From Squalus acanthias (Eukaryota): 64,000 nucleotides of DNA. Shown here in pieces: positions 44,130 through 56,669 of the stretch. The notes under the pieces were generated by a model. The model was not told the DNA's origin, did no database searches, and saw nothing but the letters and a program-made list of their open reading frames with translations. The DNA lies in NCBI GenBank assembly GCA_030390025.1, contig CM059432.1, positions 107,076,001 to 107,140,000 of the forward strand, given 5' to 3'. A program made the position numbers and the translations under genes. Each line of letters starts with the position of its first letter. The stretch's first letter is position 1.

Positions 44130-47100
44130 AATTATGTGGTGAGAATTTAACGTGATACAGAACCAGTTTATACCCCTGAGGGGCAAGAGCTCTACTTGCC
44201 AAAAAAAACCCAGCCATGGACAACTAGAGGTAAGGGACAGCTTAAAACTAAAGGAAAGGGCACACAAAAATGCAAAAAATAGCACAGATTCCGGCGAATG
44301 TGAAAGATACAAAGAACAGCAAAGGGTCACAAAACCGATAGTAAGAGCTACAAAATGGGAGTATGAAAAGAAACTTGCAAGGGATATCAAAATCAATACG
44401 AAGAATTTTTATAGTCACATTAGGAAAAAGCGGGTGGTCAGGAGCAATGTTGGCCCCTTAAAAGCTGAAAGCAGGTAATATTGTCAATGACAATGGCGGA
44501 CATGTTGAATAATTACTTTGTGTTAGTATTTACAGTAGAAGAAGAGGATAGCATGCCAGAAATCCCAAAGAAACTAATATTGAATCAGGGACAGGGACTC
44601 AATAAAATTAACGTAAGTAAAATAACAGTAATAAAGAAAATAATGACACTAAAGAGTGACAAATCCCCAGGGCTAGATGGTTTCCGTCCCAGGGTTTTAA
44701 AGGAAGTAGGTGAGCATATTGCAGATGCCCTAACTATAATCTTCCAAAGTTCTCTCTAGATTCAGGAACCGTTTCTTTAGATTGGGAAATTGCACACGTC
44801 ACTCTGCTTTTTAAGAATGGCGAGAGAGGGAAACCAGGGAATTATAGACCAGTTAGCCTAACCTCTGTTGTGGGGAAATTTCTAGAGTCTACAATTAAGG
44901 ATAGGGTGACTGAACACCTCTCAAATTTTCAGTTGATCAGAGAGAGCCAGCATGGATTTGTGAAAGGTAGGTCATGCCTGACAAACATGATTGAATTTTT
45001 TGAGGCGGTGACTAAAGTAGTGAACAGGCAATTGTCTATGGATGTTATTTATATGGACTTCCAGAAGGCTATTTATATGGCCTTCCAGAAGGCATTTGAT
45101 AAAGTCCCACATAAGAGACTGTTATCTAATTGGCTGAGCGGCAGGAGATAGCGTAGGGATAATGGGCAGGGACTCTAATTGGCAGGATGTGACTGGTGGT
45201 CTCCTGCAGGGATCTGTGTTGGGGCCTCAACTATTCACAATATTTATTAACGACTTAGATGATGGTATAGAAAGTCATATATTCAAATCTGCTGATGACA
45301 CAAAGATAGGCGGCAATGTAGATGAAGGCATAAAATTACAAAGGGATATCGATAGATTATATGAATGGGCAAAATTGTGGCAAATGGATTTCAATGTAAG
45401 CAAATGTGAGGTCATCCACTTTGGACCTAATAAGGATAGAACAGGGTACTTTCTAAATGGTGAAAAACTAAAAACCGTGGATGTCCAGAGACTTGGGGGT
45501 GGGTTCAGATACATAGATCATCAAAATGTCATGAACAGGTACAGAAAATAATCAAAAAGGCTAATGGAATGCTGGCCTTTATATCTAGAGGACTAGAATA
45601 CAAGGGGGTAAAGTTATGCTGCAGCTATACAAAACCCTGGTTAGACCACACCTGGAGTACTGTGAGCAGTTCTGGGCACCACACCGTAGGAAGGATATAT
45701 TGGCCTTAGAGGCAGTGCAGAGTAGGTTTAGCAGAATGATACCCAGGCTTCAAGGGTTCAGTTACGAGGAGAGATTACACAAATTAGGGTTGTATTCCCT
45801 AGAATTTAGAAGGTTTAAGGGGTGATCTGATAGAAGTTTTCAAGATATTAAGGGGAACAGATAGGGTGGTCATAGATAGTTATACAGCACAGAGAGGCCC
45901 ATCGTGTCTACGCCAGCCATCAAGCCCTGTCTATTCTAATCCCATTTTCCAGCACTTGGTCCGTAGCCTTGTATGCTATGGCGTTTCGAGTGCTCATCTA
46001 AATGCTTCTTGAATGTTGTGAGGGTTCCTGCCTCTACCACCCTTTCAGGCAGTAAGTTACAGATTCCAACCACCCTCTGGGTGAAAAAGTTTTTCCTCAA
46101 ATCCCCTCTAAACCTCCTGCCCCTTACCTTGAAACTATGCCCCCTGGTTATTGACCCCTCTACTAAGGGGAAAAGTTCCTTTCTATCTACCCTATCTATG
46201 CCCCTCATAATTTTGTACACCTCAATCAGGTCCCCCCTCAGCCTTCTCTGCTCTAAGGAAAACAACCCCAGACTGTCCAGTCTCTCTCCATAGCTGAAAC
46301 GCTCCAGCCCAGGTAACATCCTGGTGAATCTCCTCTGCACCCTCTCCAATGCAATCACATCCTTCCTATAGGGTGGTGACCAGAACTGCACACAGTATTC
46401 CAGCTGTGGCCTAACTAGCATTTTGTACAGCTCCATCATAACCTCCCTGTTCTTATATCCTATGCCTCGGCTAATGAAGGCAAGTATCCCATATGCCTTT
46501 TTAACCACCTTATCTACCTGTCCTGCTGCCTTCAGGGATCTATGTACATGCACACCAAGGTCCCTCTGTCCTTCCTAGGGTCCTACCATTCATTGTTTAT
46601 TCCCTTGCCTTGTTAGTCCTCCCAAAATGCATCACCTCACACTTTTCAGGGTTAAATTCCATTTGCCACTGTTCTGCCCATCTGACCAACCCGTCTATAT
46701 CGTCCTGTAGCCTGAGGCTTCCCTCCTCGCTATTTACCACCCCACCAATTTTCGTGTCATCTGCGAACTTACTGATCATACCTCCTACATTCATATCTAA
46801 ATCATTAATGTACACTACAAACAGCAAAGGACCCAGCAACGATCCCTGCGGTACACCACTGGACACAGGCTTCCAGTCACAAAAACAACCTTTGACCATC
46901 ACCCTCTGCCTCCTGCCACTAAGCCAATTTTGGATCCAATGTGCCAAATTGCCCTGGATCCCATGGGCTCTTACCTTCTTGACCAGTCTCCCATGTGGGA
47001 CTTTGTCAAAAGCCTTACTGAAGTCCATGTAGACTATATCAACTGCACTACCCTCATCCACACACCTAGTCACCCCCTTGAAAAATAGAGAGTAGGGTAG

Positions 47101-47432
47101 ATAGAGAGAAACTATTTCTGCTGGTTGAGGATTCGAGGACTAGGGGGCATAGTCTAAAAATTAGAGCCAGACCTTTCAGGAGTGAAATTAGGAAACACTT
47201 CTACAGACAAAGGGTGGTAGAAGTTTGGAACTCTCTTCCACAAACAGTAATTGATGCTAGATCAATTGTTAATTTTAAATCGAAGATTGATAGCTTTTTG
47301 TTAACCAAAGGTATTAAGGAATATGGGCCATAGGCAGGTATATGGAGTAAGATCGCAGATCAGCCATGATCTCATCGAATGGTGGAACAGGCTCGAGGGG
47401 CTGAAAGGCCTACTCCTGTTTCTATGTTCCTA
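44130..47432 (+). mobile_element. CR1 LINE ORF2 and tail, interrupted by another CR1
   Basis: ORFs 44152-45825 with KSPGLDG, QHGFVKGRSCLTN, ADDTK. Resumes at about 47092 (tagggtagatagagag). Confidence 0.93.
45870..47087 (-). mobile_element. Young 5'-truncated CR1 nested in a CR1
   Basis: ORFs 46597-47073 and 45936-46553 (YMDFSKAFDKVPH, FADDTK, FFTQRVV); tagggt repeated at both junctions. Confidence 0.93.
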
Positions 47433-47434
47433 AT

Positions 47435-47655
47435 TTACAGCACAGAAACATGCCATTCGGCCCAACTAGTCTATGCTGGTGTTTATGTTCCACACGAGCC
47501 TCCTCCCACTCTGCTTCATCTAACTCTATCAGCGTAGCCTTCTATTCCTTTCTCCCTCATTTATTTATCTAGCTTCCCCTTAAATACAGCTATGCGATTC
47601 GCCTCGACTACTCCATGTGGTAGCAAGTTGCACATTTTATCCACTCTCCGGGTAA
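47435..47655 (-). mobile_element. CR1 3' end
   Basis: Matches the tail at 6010-6230. Confidence 0.85.
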
Positions 47656-48204
47656 ACAGCATTTATCTCATTACTGATTGTGAGACCTTGTGCAAATTGG
47701 CTGATATGTGACCTACAACAATGATTGCACTTCAGAGTAATCTTTGCTGTGAAGTGTTTTGCGATATCCTCAGAACATGAAATATGCTATATAAATGAGG
47801 TCTTTCTTTTAATCAATGTTTATGTACTTTCTGACCAGTGCTGCTGCCTCTTGAGAGTGCTGCTTAAACTAAATAACCATGACATCTATGGTGTTGGCAT
47901 CAGGGCAATGGTATATTTATTTCTACAACTTCAAGAAACATGCTGTCCTACTGTTTGAATTTACTTTCAGATATTTTCCCCACCTCCTAGTGGGGCTAAG
48001 TTATGCTTGGATACGATTTGGTAGCAATTGCGTGCTGTCCTAACATCTCATAAGTAGTCTTCACCCTAAACAGCGAATAGCATCTGTTAATTGGCCTGGG
48101 AAGGAGGGATGGAGAGGTGGGGAAGAGAACATAACCGGTGATTTCACACCCACACACCTTCCAGCAGAATTCACTGGATGGTAAGGAATGGGAGCATTTT
48201 TTTT

Positions 48205-49235
48205 CATAACATAAGAAATCGGAGCAGGAGTAGGCCATTCAGCCCTTCGAGCCTGCTACACCATTCAGTAAGATTATGGCTGATCTCCTACCTCAACTCC
48301 ACCTTCCCGCACTATCTCCACATGCCTTGATTCCCTTAGTATCCGAAAATCTATCAATCTCTGTCTTGAATATACTCAACGACTGAGCATCCACAGATCT
48401 CTGGGGTAGAGAATTCCAAAGATTCACAACCCTTTGAGTGAAGAAATTTCTCCTCATCTCAGTCCTAAATGACCGACCCCTTGTCCTGAGACTGTGACCC
48501 CTAGTTCTAGACTCCCCAGCCAGGCGAAACATCCTCCCAGCATCAATCCTGTCAAACTCCTTAAGAATTTTATGTTTCAATGAGATATCACCTCATTCTT
48601 CTGAACTCTAGGGAATATACAACAACAACTTTTATTTATATAGCGCCTTTAACGTCCCAAGACGCTGCACAGGTGTATTTTAAGACACAAAATTTGACAC
48701 CGTTCCACATAAGGATAAATTAGGGCAGGCTTGGTCAAAGAGGTAGGTTTTAAGGACCGTCTTAAAGGAGGAAAGAGAGGTAGCGAGGTGGACCGGTTTA
48801 GGCAGGGAATTCCAGAGCTTAGGGCCTAGGCAACAGAAGGCACGGCCACCAAAGGTTGAGCGATTTATAATTGGGGATGCTCAAGAGGGCAGAATTAGAG
48901 GAGTGCAGATATCTCGGGGGTGGGGGGGGGCTGGGTGTCTGAAGGAGATTACAGAAATAGGAATGGGCGAGGCCATGGAGGGATTTGAAAACAAGGATGA
49001 GAATTTTGAAATCGAGGCGCTGCTTAACCCAGTTAATAATAGGCCTAGTCTACTCAATCTCTCCTCATAGGACAATCCCCTCATCCCAGGAATCAGTCTA
49101 GTAAACCTTTGTTGCACTCCCACTAAGACCAGTATATCCTTCCTTAGGTAAGGAGACCAAAACTGTACACAGTGTGATCTCACCAAGGCTCTATATAATT
49201 GTAGTGAGACTTCTTTACTCTTGCACTCCAATCCC
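48205..49235 (-). mobile_element. CR1 3' fragment split by an L2 fragment (about 48619-49035)
   Basis: ORF 48293-48580 and the chimeric ORF 48881-49336. The L2 tail caacaacaactt starts at 48620. Confidence 0.88.
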
Positions 49236-50023
49236 TTAAGTACTGAGGCCAATTGCAGTACCCTGTGGCTAAAATTTGGATCAGTCCAGTGTGCATGGCT
49301 CAGTGCATTAAGTAACTGAGACTTTGTGGCCAGCACACTTCAGTTTTAATTGGGACATTTAACAGTGCCGTTGGTCACTGGATCCACTGGATTTTTGCTA
49401 AAAGTATAATTGGTCAATAAGGTGCAAACTCCAAAAGTTCATCAGGCTCACCTGACCATAGCTTCACACTCGGCTGCCACCTCAAAGGCACCCGAGTTGC
49501 TGTTTTACTTCCGCTGTAAGTAGTTTCTCCCTGGAGTTCGACAAACCAGTTTAGAAAAATAGTGTGCATGTTGCTGACTAACTCTGCAAATTTGAGCAGT
49601 TTTTGAACAGTATTTTCTGCTAATCTGCAGCAGTTTCCTTCCTCTTTGACATGTTACTTTTTGTACAAAGAGCTGTTTTGTGTAGTGTGTTTTTTTTATT
49701 ATATATCTTGGAAATAAGATTTACGCTCACTTTTTATTTCTATTTTAAGCTGTATAGTGACTCTGAACATTGGCCCGCTCTCTGCTAATACTGCGCTGGC
49801 TAGTTAATGGGAGCAGTGCTCAAGTTCATCCCGAGGCTGATCCCTGCCAAGTTCCCATCCTGTGTCCGCTTGATGCCTTTTTTTCTGAAGCCGGTGTACA
49901 ATGTGTAGATACGCCACATTTGATTCCCAATATTCAGTGTTGGCTAATAACTTGACCTTGCGCACACCAGTGGCCAGACACTTCAGATTACATTTTTACC
50001 TGTCACATTTATTGCATTAATTG

Positions 50024-50440
50024 TGTCAGCCATGGCTCAGTTGGTAGCACTCTCTCCTGAGTCAGAAGGTTGAGAGTTCAAGTCGTACCCCAGAGACTTG
50101 AGCACAAAATCTAGGCTGACACTCCAGGGCAGTACTGAGGGAGAGACATTAAACCGAGGCACTGTCTGCCCTCTTGGGTGGATGTAATAGAACCCATGAC
50201 ACTACTTTGAAGAACAGGGGAGTTCTTCTGCTGTCCTGGCCAATATTTATCTCTGAACATTACTAAAAACAAATTATCTGGTCATTATCACATTGCTGCT
50301 TGTGGGACCTTGCTGTGTGCAAATCCTGCTGTGTTTCCCACATTACAACGGAGACTACACTTCAAAAGTACTTCATTGGCTGTAAAGCGCTTTGCAACGT
50401 CCGAAGGTTGTGGAAGGGACTATATAAATGCAAGTCTTTT
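50024..50440 (+). mobile_element. SacSINE1/Deu-type tRNA-derived SINE, near full length
   Basis: A box TGGCTCAGTTGG, B box GAGTTCAAGTC, Deu-like core (cccatgacactactttgaagaacaggggagtt...gtcctggccaatatt), tail tatataaatgcaagtcttt. Confidence 0.82.
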
Positions 50441-50935
50441 TACTAATTGGGAGACTAAAATGATGGTTGCTCATCCTTATATGATTGAGATTGTATTGGT
50501 AAACTGCAGTCGATTGAGTATATGATCTGGATAGAATGGCTTTTGGCAAAGCAAGCTTATTCCTAGTTGTGTATCCTCTGTGTGTACGTGCAGTGTTCAG
50601 TTTTCAGTTTAACTCTTCTGTACCAGGCCAAAATGTGGGAATTGTCAGTTTAGACTTCAGATCAATTATTTTTTGTTTTGTTGTTGTCTTCCATAGCTGT
50701 GCATTGAAGGAATGTTAATTTGATTTTTTTTAAATTGATGAGTGATAATTTTTTTGTAGCAGACTGCTGCTTCAGGTCTGAGCATCCTATCTCTGTCAAT
50801 CACTTTGCTCAACTTCATTCTTCCTTCCTATGCTCTTTATCCTGCCTAGCAACAGTGAATTAAAAAAAAAAAATCTCCATTATTTTATATGGATTTTTTT
50901 GAACCAACCCTTTTAAGTGATATCCTAAAACATTT

Positions 50936-51602
50936 TGGCCTGGAATTCACCGTTGGTCCCGAATAAAGCCACCCACAGAGATTGCGATCTCTCTGGCGAG
51001 AAATTTGCTTTTTTTGACACACAAGTGATTGCAGTGCAGTGTAGTGGGAATTCCCTTATGCGAGTTGCTGTGACGTCAACATGCTTTCTAAGCAGCCAAT
51101 CACATAGAGTTCTCAGACAGGGAGCAATGAAATGAGAACCTGCTTTTATCCCGACATTTTAAAAATGTTAGAGCAAAACAAAGATTGGGGCTCTCGCATG
51201 GGGATAAGGTGGAACCTCATGAACAAACTTTATGATGATAATTGTAATTTTTTTTTAATGAAGAAATTTGACACTTCACAAAATTCGAATTAGTTTTTCA
51301 GGGCCATAATGTTTGTTTAAAAGTCAATACGCTGTTAAAATCCCAGTTACACTTAATCCAACAAGGCCTAACATTTAATGGGATATTTAACAGCGATATT
51401 ACCGTAGAAAAGCTCAAGTTTTTGTCAGTTTCACTGATTGCCGGCTATGGGGGTGAGGGGGGGTGCCACAGCACAGCCAGTGTTGGAGCAATGAATGACT
51501 GACTGCAGCATGCGCTGCATCCTGAAGTTGCGCTCAGTTTCAAAGGGGTAATAACAGCGAACGCTGTTAGTTCGCCGTATTACCCACCGCAAATTCCGGT
51601 CC
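50936..51602. mobile_element. Harbinger-type MITE
   Basis: Ends GGCCTGGAATTC / acccaccgcaaattccggtcc; the latter nearly matches 23773-23793. Confidence 0.7.
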
Positions 51603-53371
51603 TTTATTTTCACACATAGTAATAATGTAAATCCTGCATACTATCCTTGTGCTATAATTTTTTGTTATCCTGTTAAGTTGAGACTGCTGAGATCTGTTAC
51701 AATATTCCTTATTAGAACCCAAACATATTTTTAATTTTGACATTTTCATGTGAAATGACTGATGCTTACTGACACCTAGTTTCTTAAGTAGAACTGTCAT
51801 GTGTTATTTCTCCGTCTCAGGGAGGCTGTGTTGAGGCATTAGCACTTATCTTGAAATTTGAAGTACGCCCCTCTCCAGCTGTATCCAGTGGAGTGGAGCA
51901 CCTGGTTCTCCAGTTCTGAGAGACACTTGTCCACCCATCAACAGCTTTCTAAAATGATATTTGCATATTCTTAGAAATCTTTCTTCCTACACCATCATTT
52001 TAAGAGGGGCTTGGCAGATGAAAATGCATCTTGTTGCACCTCATTAAAGTTTACCAGATAATAGATGGATTTCTTTGAGTTAATATGTTTATAGATAGCT
52101 TGTTAATTATCCACTTTACAACACTTAAGGGAATTAATCCTTTTTTTAACCAAAACTGCTCAGTCCTTGTTTTTCTAAGCATAGTTTGGAGAGTGGAATT
52201 TCTGAAAATTCAAATTTTGTTAGGTTGAATCTTCCATTGGTTTAAAAGAGAAATTTCACCGTTTAAGTTCGTAAACCTCACTATCTATATTGTAAACAAA
52301 CGATAGTGGATTTATCAGTCATCTAGCAATTGGGTTTTCATGAGTTTGCAAAGAACAATACCCTTGTGATTATTTAAATAAACTGCAAGACATTACTAGG
52401 AATTTTAATTCTCCATACAGATCCTACTTGAACAATTTGTCAAATTGATTATTGGGTTCTGTCACATTTGGTATAATACTGCAGTAAACTTTTTAATTAT
52501 ACTTTGCACAGCTGAAAGATCAGTCTGTTGCTTGAACATGCTGCAGGTAAGCATTCTGAAGATTGGTTCAGTTTTAAATGCCTTGGAGGTCCTTTAAATG
52601 TGCTGTGATGTTGTATTTTAGAGTGAGTAGGTGCCACTGGCATTTTAACATGGGGAAAGTATCTTGGAACACTGGTAAGCATGTGGAATAGCCTGCCAAG
52701 GGAAGCAGGGGATATGGAATAAATTTATTTCCCCCATTGCTGTTGAGGGGCAAAAGGGAATTTGAAGTCTCCCCTTTGGATTGGTAGGGATGGCCATTTC
52801 CAGTCCAGTGCTGTCCTATGTTCGTGGGGAATATGGGGGAATGATGGTGAGTGTAAGTGTGTTTAGTGATGCATCATGGGTAACAACCTCCTGAAGCTTG
52901 CTTGATTCTCTTGGATAGTTGGGGAGAGATTGTTCAAGTTTTTCTTGAAAATAGCTGCAGTTTTATCTGTTCTTCTCTTCCTCCTCCCCCACCCCCAGGA
53001 CTTCTATTACTAGTGGTTGGGGAAGGCCTGTCTGGAGGTTGCATCATCTAATGGATAGGTTGAGCACTGATGGACCTTTCTCACATGTTTGGTTGATTTG
53101 CTTACAATTTTGTGCTTCCTTATATTTCATTAAACTTGGCAAGCAATATAATGAGAGCATGCCCCTCTCCCTCCACCTCCCACTATGTGTGTGAAATTGA
53201 TGGCAAGTTTTACAAAACTGAGTATATAGAATTAATTGGGATTTCATTTAATAAAACTTTTTGCATTTTTGGAAATGCTTCAAATTTAAAAATGGGTGTG
53301 CAGGAAGCTATTCAAATATCCAAGTCATTACCAAATACTTTGCTGTAAGGCAGGCATTTTTTGGAATAGGC

Positions 53372-53373
<2 letters not shown>

Positions 53374-53412
<39 letters not shown>
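53374..53412. repeat. (CA)n microsatellite
   Basis: Uninterrupted CA run. Confidence 0.98.
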
Positions 53413-53414
<2 letters not shown>

Positions 53415-54021
53415 TTGCAATAAAATTGAAATATATTTTCTAAGCTGCTATAGAACCTCCACATCTCAAAGTAGAGCGAGTGCAGCAAAACTAAACCAAG
53501 TCTCCGACACAAATTAAAAGGTCTTCATTATAAACTGATTTTGTATTTTAAGTTCGATTGTGGGAGCTGACTCCAAAGTGTTTTTTATAGGCTGCTAAAT
53601 CTGGAGTCTGTAACCCTGTGGTAGGCTCAGTTTTACCTTCTTTATTGTTTCTATTTCCCTTCTTTGTATGTCTACACGTTCATTTCTAGCTCAGGGCGTC
53701 TAACTAACTGGAAGTGGGATAAAAGAGAGGTTAATTTGTCTGTTGAAATCGGTTACCCAGTTGAAGGCCCCAGTTAAATGATACACTTGCCTGCAGTTGA
53801 ACCCCAGCTTTAGGACTGATGTGGATCAACAAGTGGCTTACACAGTGTGCTTATATCAGCTGACACATTTGTACAGAGCTGTATATATCAGGCACGTCTG
53901 CAATGTCAGAGATGGCAAGGATCCGAACCGGGGTCAGTGGAAGATTACAGGTGCTGAATTTTCTGTGTATTCTGCATAGTTGAGTGTTTTGTTTGTTTAT
54001 GGCTCATTCATTTGATTAAAA

Positions 54022-54147
54022 CTATGTTCCCTTTAAGCTGCAGGTCCCGTGCAGCCGGTGAGCTGGCTTTTAAATTTAAAAAACTGCATGCGTGGAATTT
54101 TGAATGGCCCATGTAGCACAGAGCAAAAAAAATTAGAGGGAACATTG
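54022..54147. mobile_element. Short TIR element of uncertain superfamily
   Basis: CTATGTTCCCTTTAA / TTAGAGGGAACATTG inverted termini (13 of 15 match); no clean TSD. Confidence 0.55.
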
Positions 54148-54159
54148 GTCATAAACATT

Positions 54160-54543
54160 GGCTCAGAATTAGCTGGAGTGGGGCATCTCTCGCCATGCCC
54201 CATTTATTGGATTTATTTCTTCGCTCTTCAGCACAAAAAATTTTGGCCAGCCAATTGCACAAAGTGCGAGCTTATAACGGTGAGGTCAACAGGGCATCTG
54301 AGACTTTGTTGAAAGATGGGAATCAACACTATCTACTTAACCAATGAGATTTAAGGATAAAGGAATAAAAAAAAAGGAAGGACGGAGAAGGAAAGAGGGT
54401 AAATTATAGTCAAATTATGTACAGAAAGAGAAATGGGGGAAAAAAATTGGACAGAGAAAAGAGACAAAAACACTTGCATATTTCCACACTAATAACTGCA
54501 TGCGCTTTAAACTTGCCTTTATTTTCCCAGCAAATTCTGGCCC
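54160..54543. mobile_element. Harbinger-type MITE
   Basis: TIRs GGCTCAGAATTAGCTGG / CCAGCAAATTCTGGCCC with TSD ATT. Confidence 0.78.
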
Positions 54544-54711
54544 ATTAAAATAATGCAAGTGCATTCGAAATATATTTACAATTTTGGAGTTTTAGCTGAT
54601 CATATCATCCAAAAAAATCCAGGCTTATGTTGACCAGTGATTACAGATGGCAGTTTTAAATTTAATAAAGAGCCATTTCTGGTCATTTAGTTGCTGATGC
54701 CCCTTCAAAAT

Positions 54712-55140
54712 TTTTCTTTTATTTGTTCCTGGGATGTGGGTGTCGCTGGCAAGGCCAGTATTTATTGCCCATCCCTAATTGCCCTCTGAGGTGGTAGTGA
54801 GCCGCCGCCTTGAACCGCTGCAGTCCGTGCAGTGAAGGTACTCCCACAGTGCTGTTAGGGAGAGAGTTCCAGGATTTTGCCCCAGCGATGATGAAGGAAC
54901 GGCGATATACTTCCAAGTCAGGATGGTGTGTAATTTGGAGGGGAACTTGCTGGTGGTGGTGTTCCCATGTGCCTGCTTCCCTTGTCCTTCTAGGTGGTGG
55001 AGGTCGTGGGTTTAGGAGGTGCTGTCGATGAAGCCTTTGCGAGCTGCTGCAGTGCATCTTGTAGATGGTACACACTGCAGTCACGGTGGAGGGAGTGAAT
55101 GGTTAAGGTGGTGGATGGGGTGCCAATCAAGTGGCTGCTG
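54712..55140 (-). mobile_element. CR1-group LINE 3' end (second family)
   Basis: Reverse complement of about 43290-43722. Confidence 0.87.
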
Positions 55141-55270
55141 CTGTGATCCATTTGAGCTGCCCATATTGATGCATTACAGTGCATAAAATGGCAGTTGAAA
55201 ACATCTGCATCAGTGAAATGCTATTGCAACACAGTGTCGTGTTACAGATGAATGAATAGATGTTCTGGAT

Positions 55271-55369
55271 TAACAACAGAAAACGCTGGAAAAACTCAGC
55301 AGGCCAGGCAGCATCCGTGGAGAGAGAAAGAGAGTTAACGTTTCAGGTCGATGACCTTTCATCAGAACA
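55271..55369 (-). mobile_element. Penelope-derived 99-bp insertion with a complete minimal hammerhead core
   Basis: 13-bp TSD agatgttctggat (55258-55270, 55370-55382). Minus strand reads GUU-CUGAUGA-A-AGGUC(AUC)GACCU-GAAA-CGUU-AAC. Confidence 0.85.
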
Positions 55370-56043
55370 AGATGTTCTGGATATCTGGTTTGCGCACTGT
55401 TCGACTGTATAAACGTCCTAGTTCAAGTTGCATTAGCATTAATTTCCAGTTTTATCCTGTGTCCCAAAGGTGCTAATTTGTGCTTGGGTATGGTTCTGAG
55501 TTGCGGACTACCTTCTTTGTACCTTGGCCAAGTGACCACTCTAAATTTGAGAGCCGGCAAGTGAGTGTCAGCAGGTCTGTTTGATTGTGGAGGGCATCAC
55601 AGCTTTACCTACGCCTGTCTTTACCCAGCATCCACAAGTGTGTTTTCATTCAGGGCCACCGAGTAATGTGGGAATCCTGACTGATTTTCTGCACCCTACC
55701 CTTCTTTCTAGGGCCACTGAGGCTAATTGTATAGGCCCAAGTACTGCCCTGGCTGAGATCAACTAATCGGGCACAGGCGAACGATCGTATTAGGATCTTC
55801 TGGTCTCTATAGCTTAGTGTTACACCACTAGGCACATTTATTTGCTAAGTCATTAGAAAGCTCCTAGTCTTGTGCATATCTTGTGCTTGTGTTTTATTAC
55901 TGGAACTATTTTGTATTAATAAATGGCATTGTGGAGTTACATTGCTGGGGTGTGGAACTAAATTGGACAGCACTTTCGGAGATGGGCCGAGTGTGCTGTA
56001 AGATTCTATCTATGATTCTATGGAGGCATTTGTTATATTGTCA

Positions 56044-56254
56044 AAAAAACAGAAAATGCTGGAAATATTAGCAGGTCAGGCAGCATCTGTGGATTGAGAA
56101 ACAGAGTTCTGACGAAAGGTCATGGACCTGAAACGTTAACTCTGTTTCTCTCTCTCTCTCTCTCTCTCTCTCCACAGATGATGCCTGACCTGCTGAGTAT
56201 TTCCAGTATTTTCCGTTTTTATTTCAGATTTCCAGCACCCGCAGTATTTTGCTT
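56044..56254 (+). mobile_element. Penelope-derived inverted pLTR pair with a hammerhead core
   Basis: Inverted arms around CUGACGA-A-AGGUC(AUG)GACCU-GAAA-CGUU (56109-56137); ttgtca on both flanks. Confidence 0.82.
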
Positions 56255-56669
56255 TTGTCAGGCTCCTCTGGGACGCAGTGAAGAAGAAAAGCTTGACACA
56301 ACACATTTTTGCATGTCTTGGACTGGGAGGTGATTATTTTGATCTGCATGAACATTGTAAAGGTGAAGAAAAGAGAGCGTTGGATAAACTCTCTGAACAT
56401 TTTGTATTCGTGGATATTCAAACATGCATGTCTGACCTTAACATCTAAGCTGGTTTTTGAATGGTTGTGGTAAGGGGTGGTGGTTGATGTGGTTTAATTC
56501 TGAGCCTTGCACTACGAAGAATTTCATAAATAGACTTTTAATAGTACATATTGGAAATTAGCTACCCTAAGAGTAATGACTGGGGCTTGATTTCTCCAGC
56601 CATATCCATGCAGGTCATCCCGCTTTCACTCTCCATTAACCACAGCTTTTCCAGAACTCTACAGTCTCG

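Noticed and set aside
50024..50100. tRNA gene
   Set aside because: A and B boxes are present but there is no cloverleaf and it continues into a SINE body.
52512..52546. Candidate exon 2 (cacag/...CAG/gtaagc)
   Set aside because: Good splice signals and an open frame (AERSVCCLNMLQ), but only 35 nt with no homology support.
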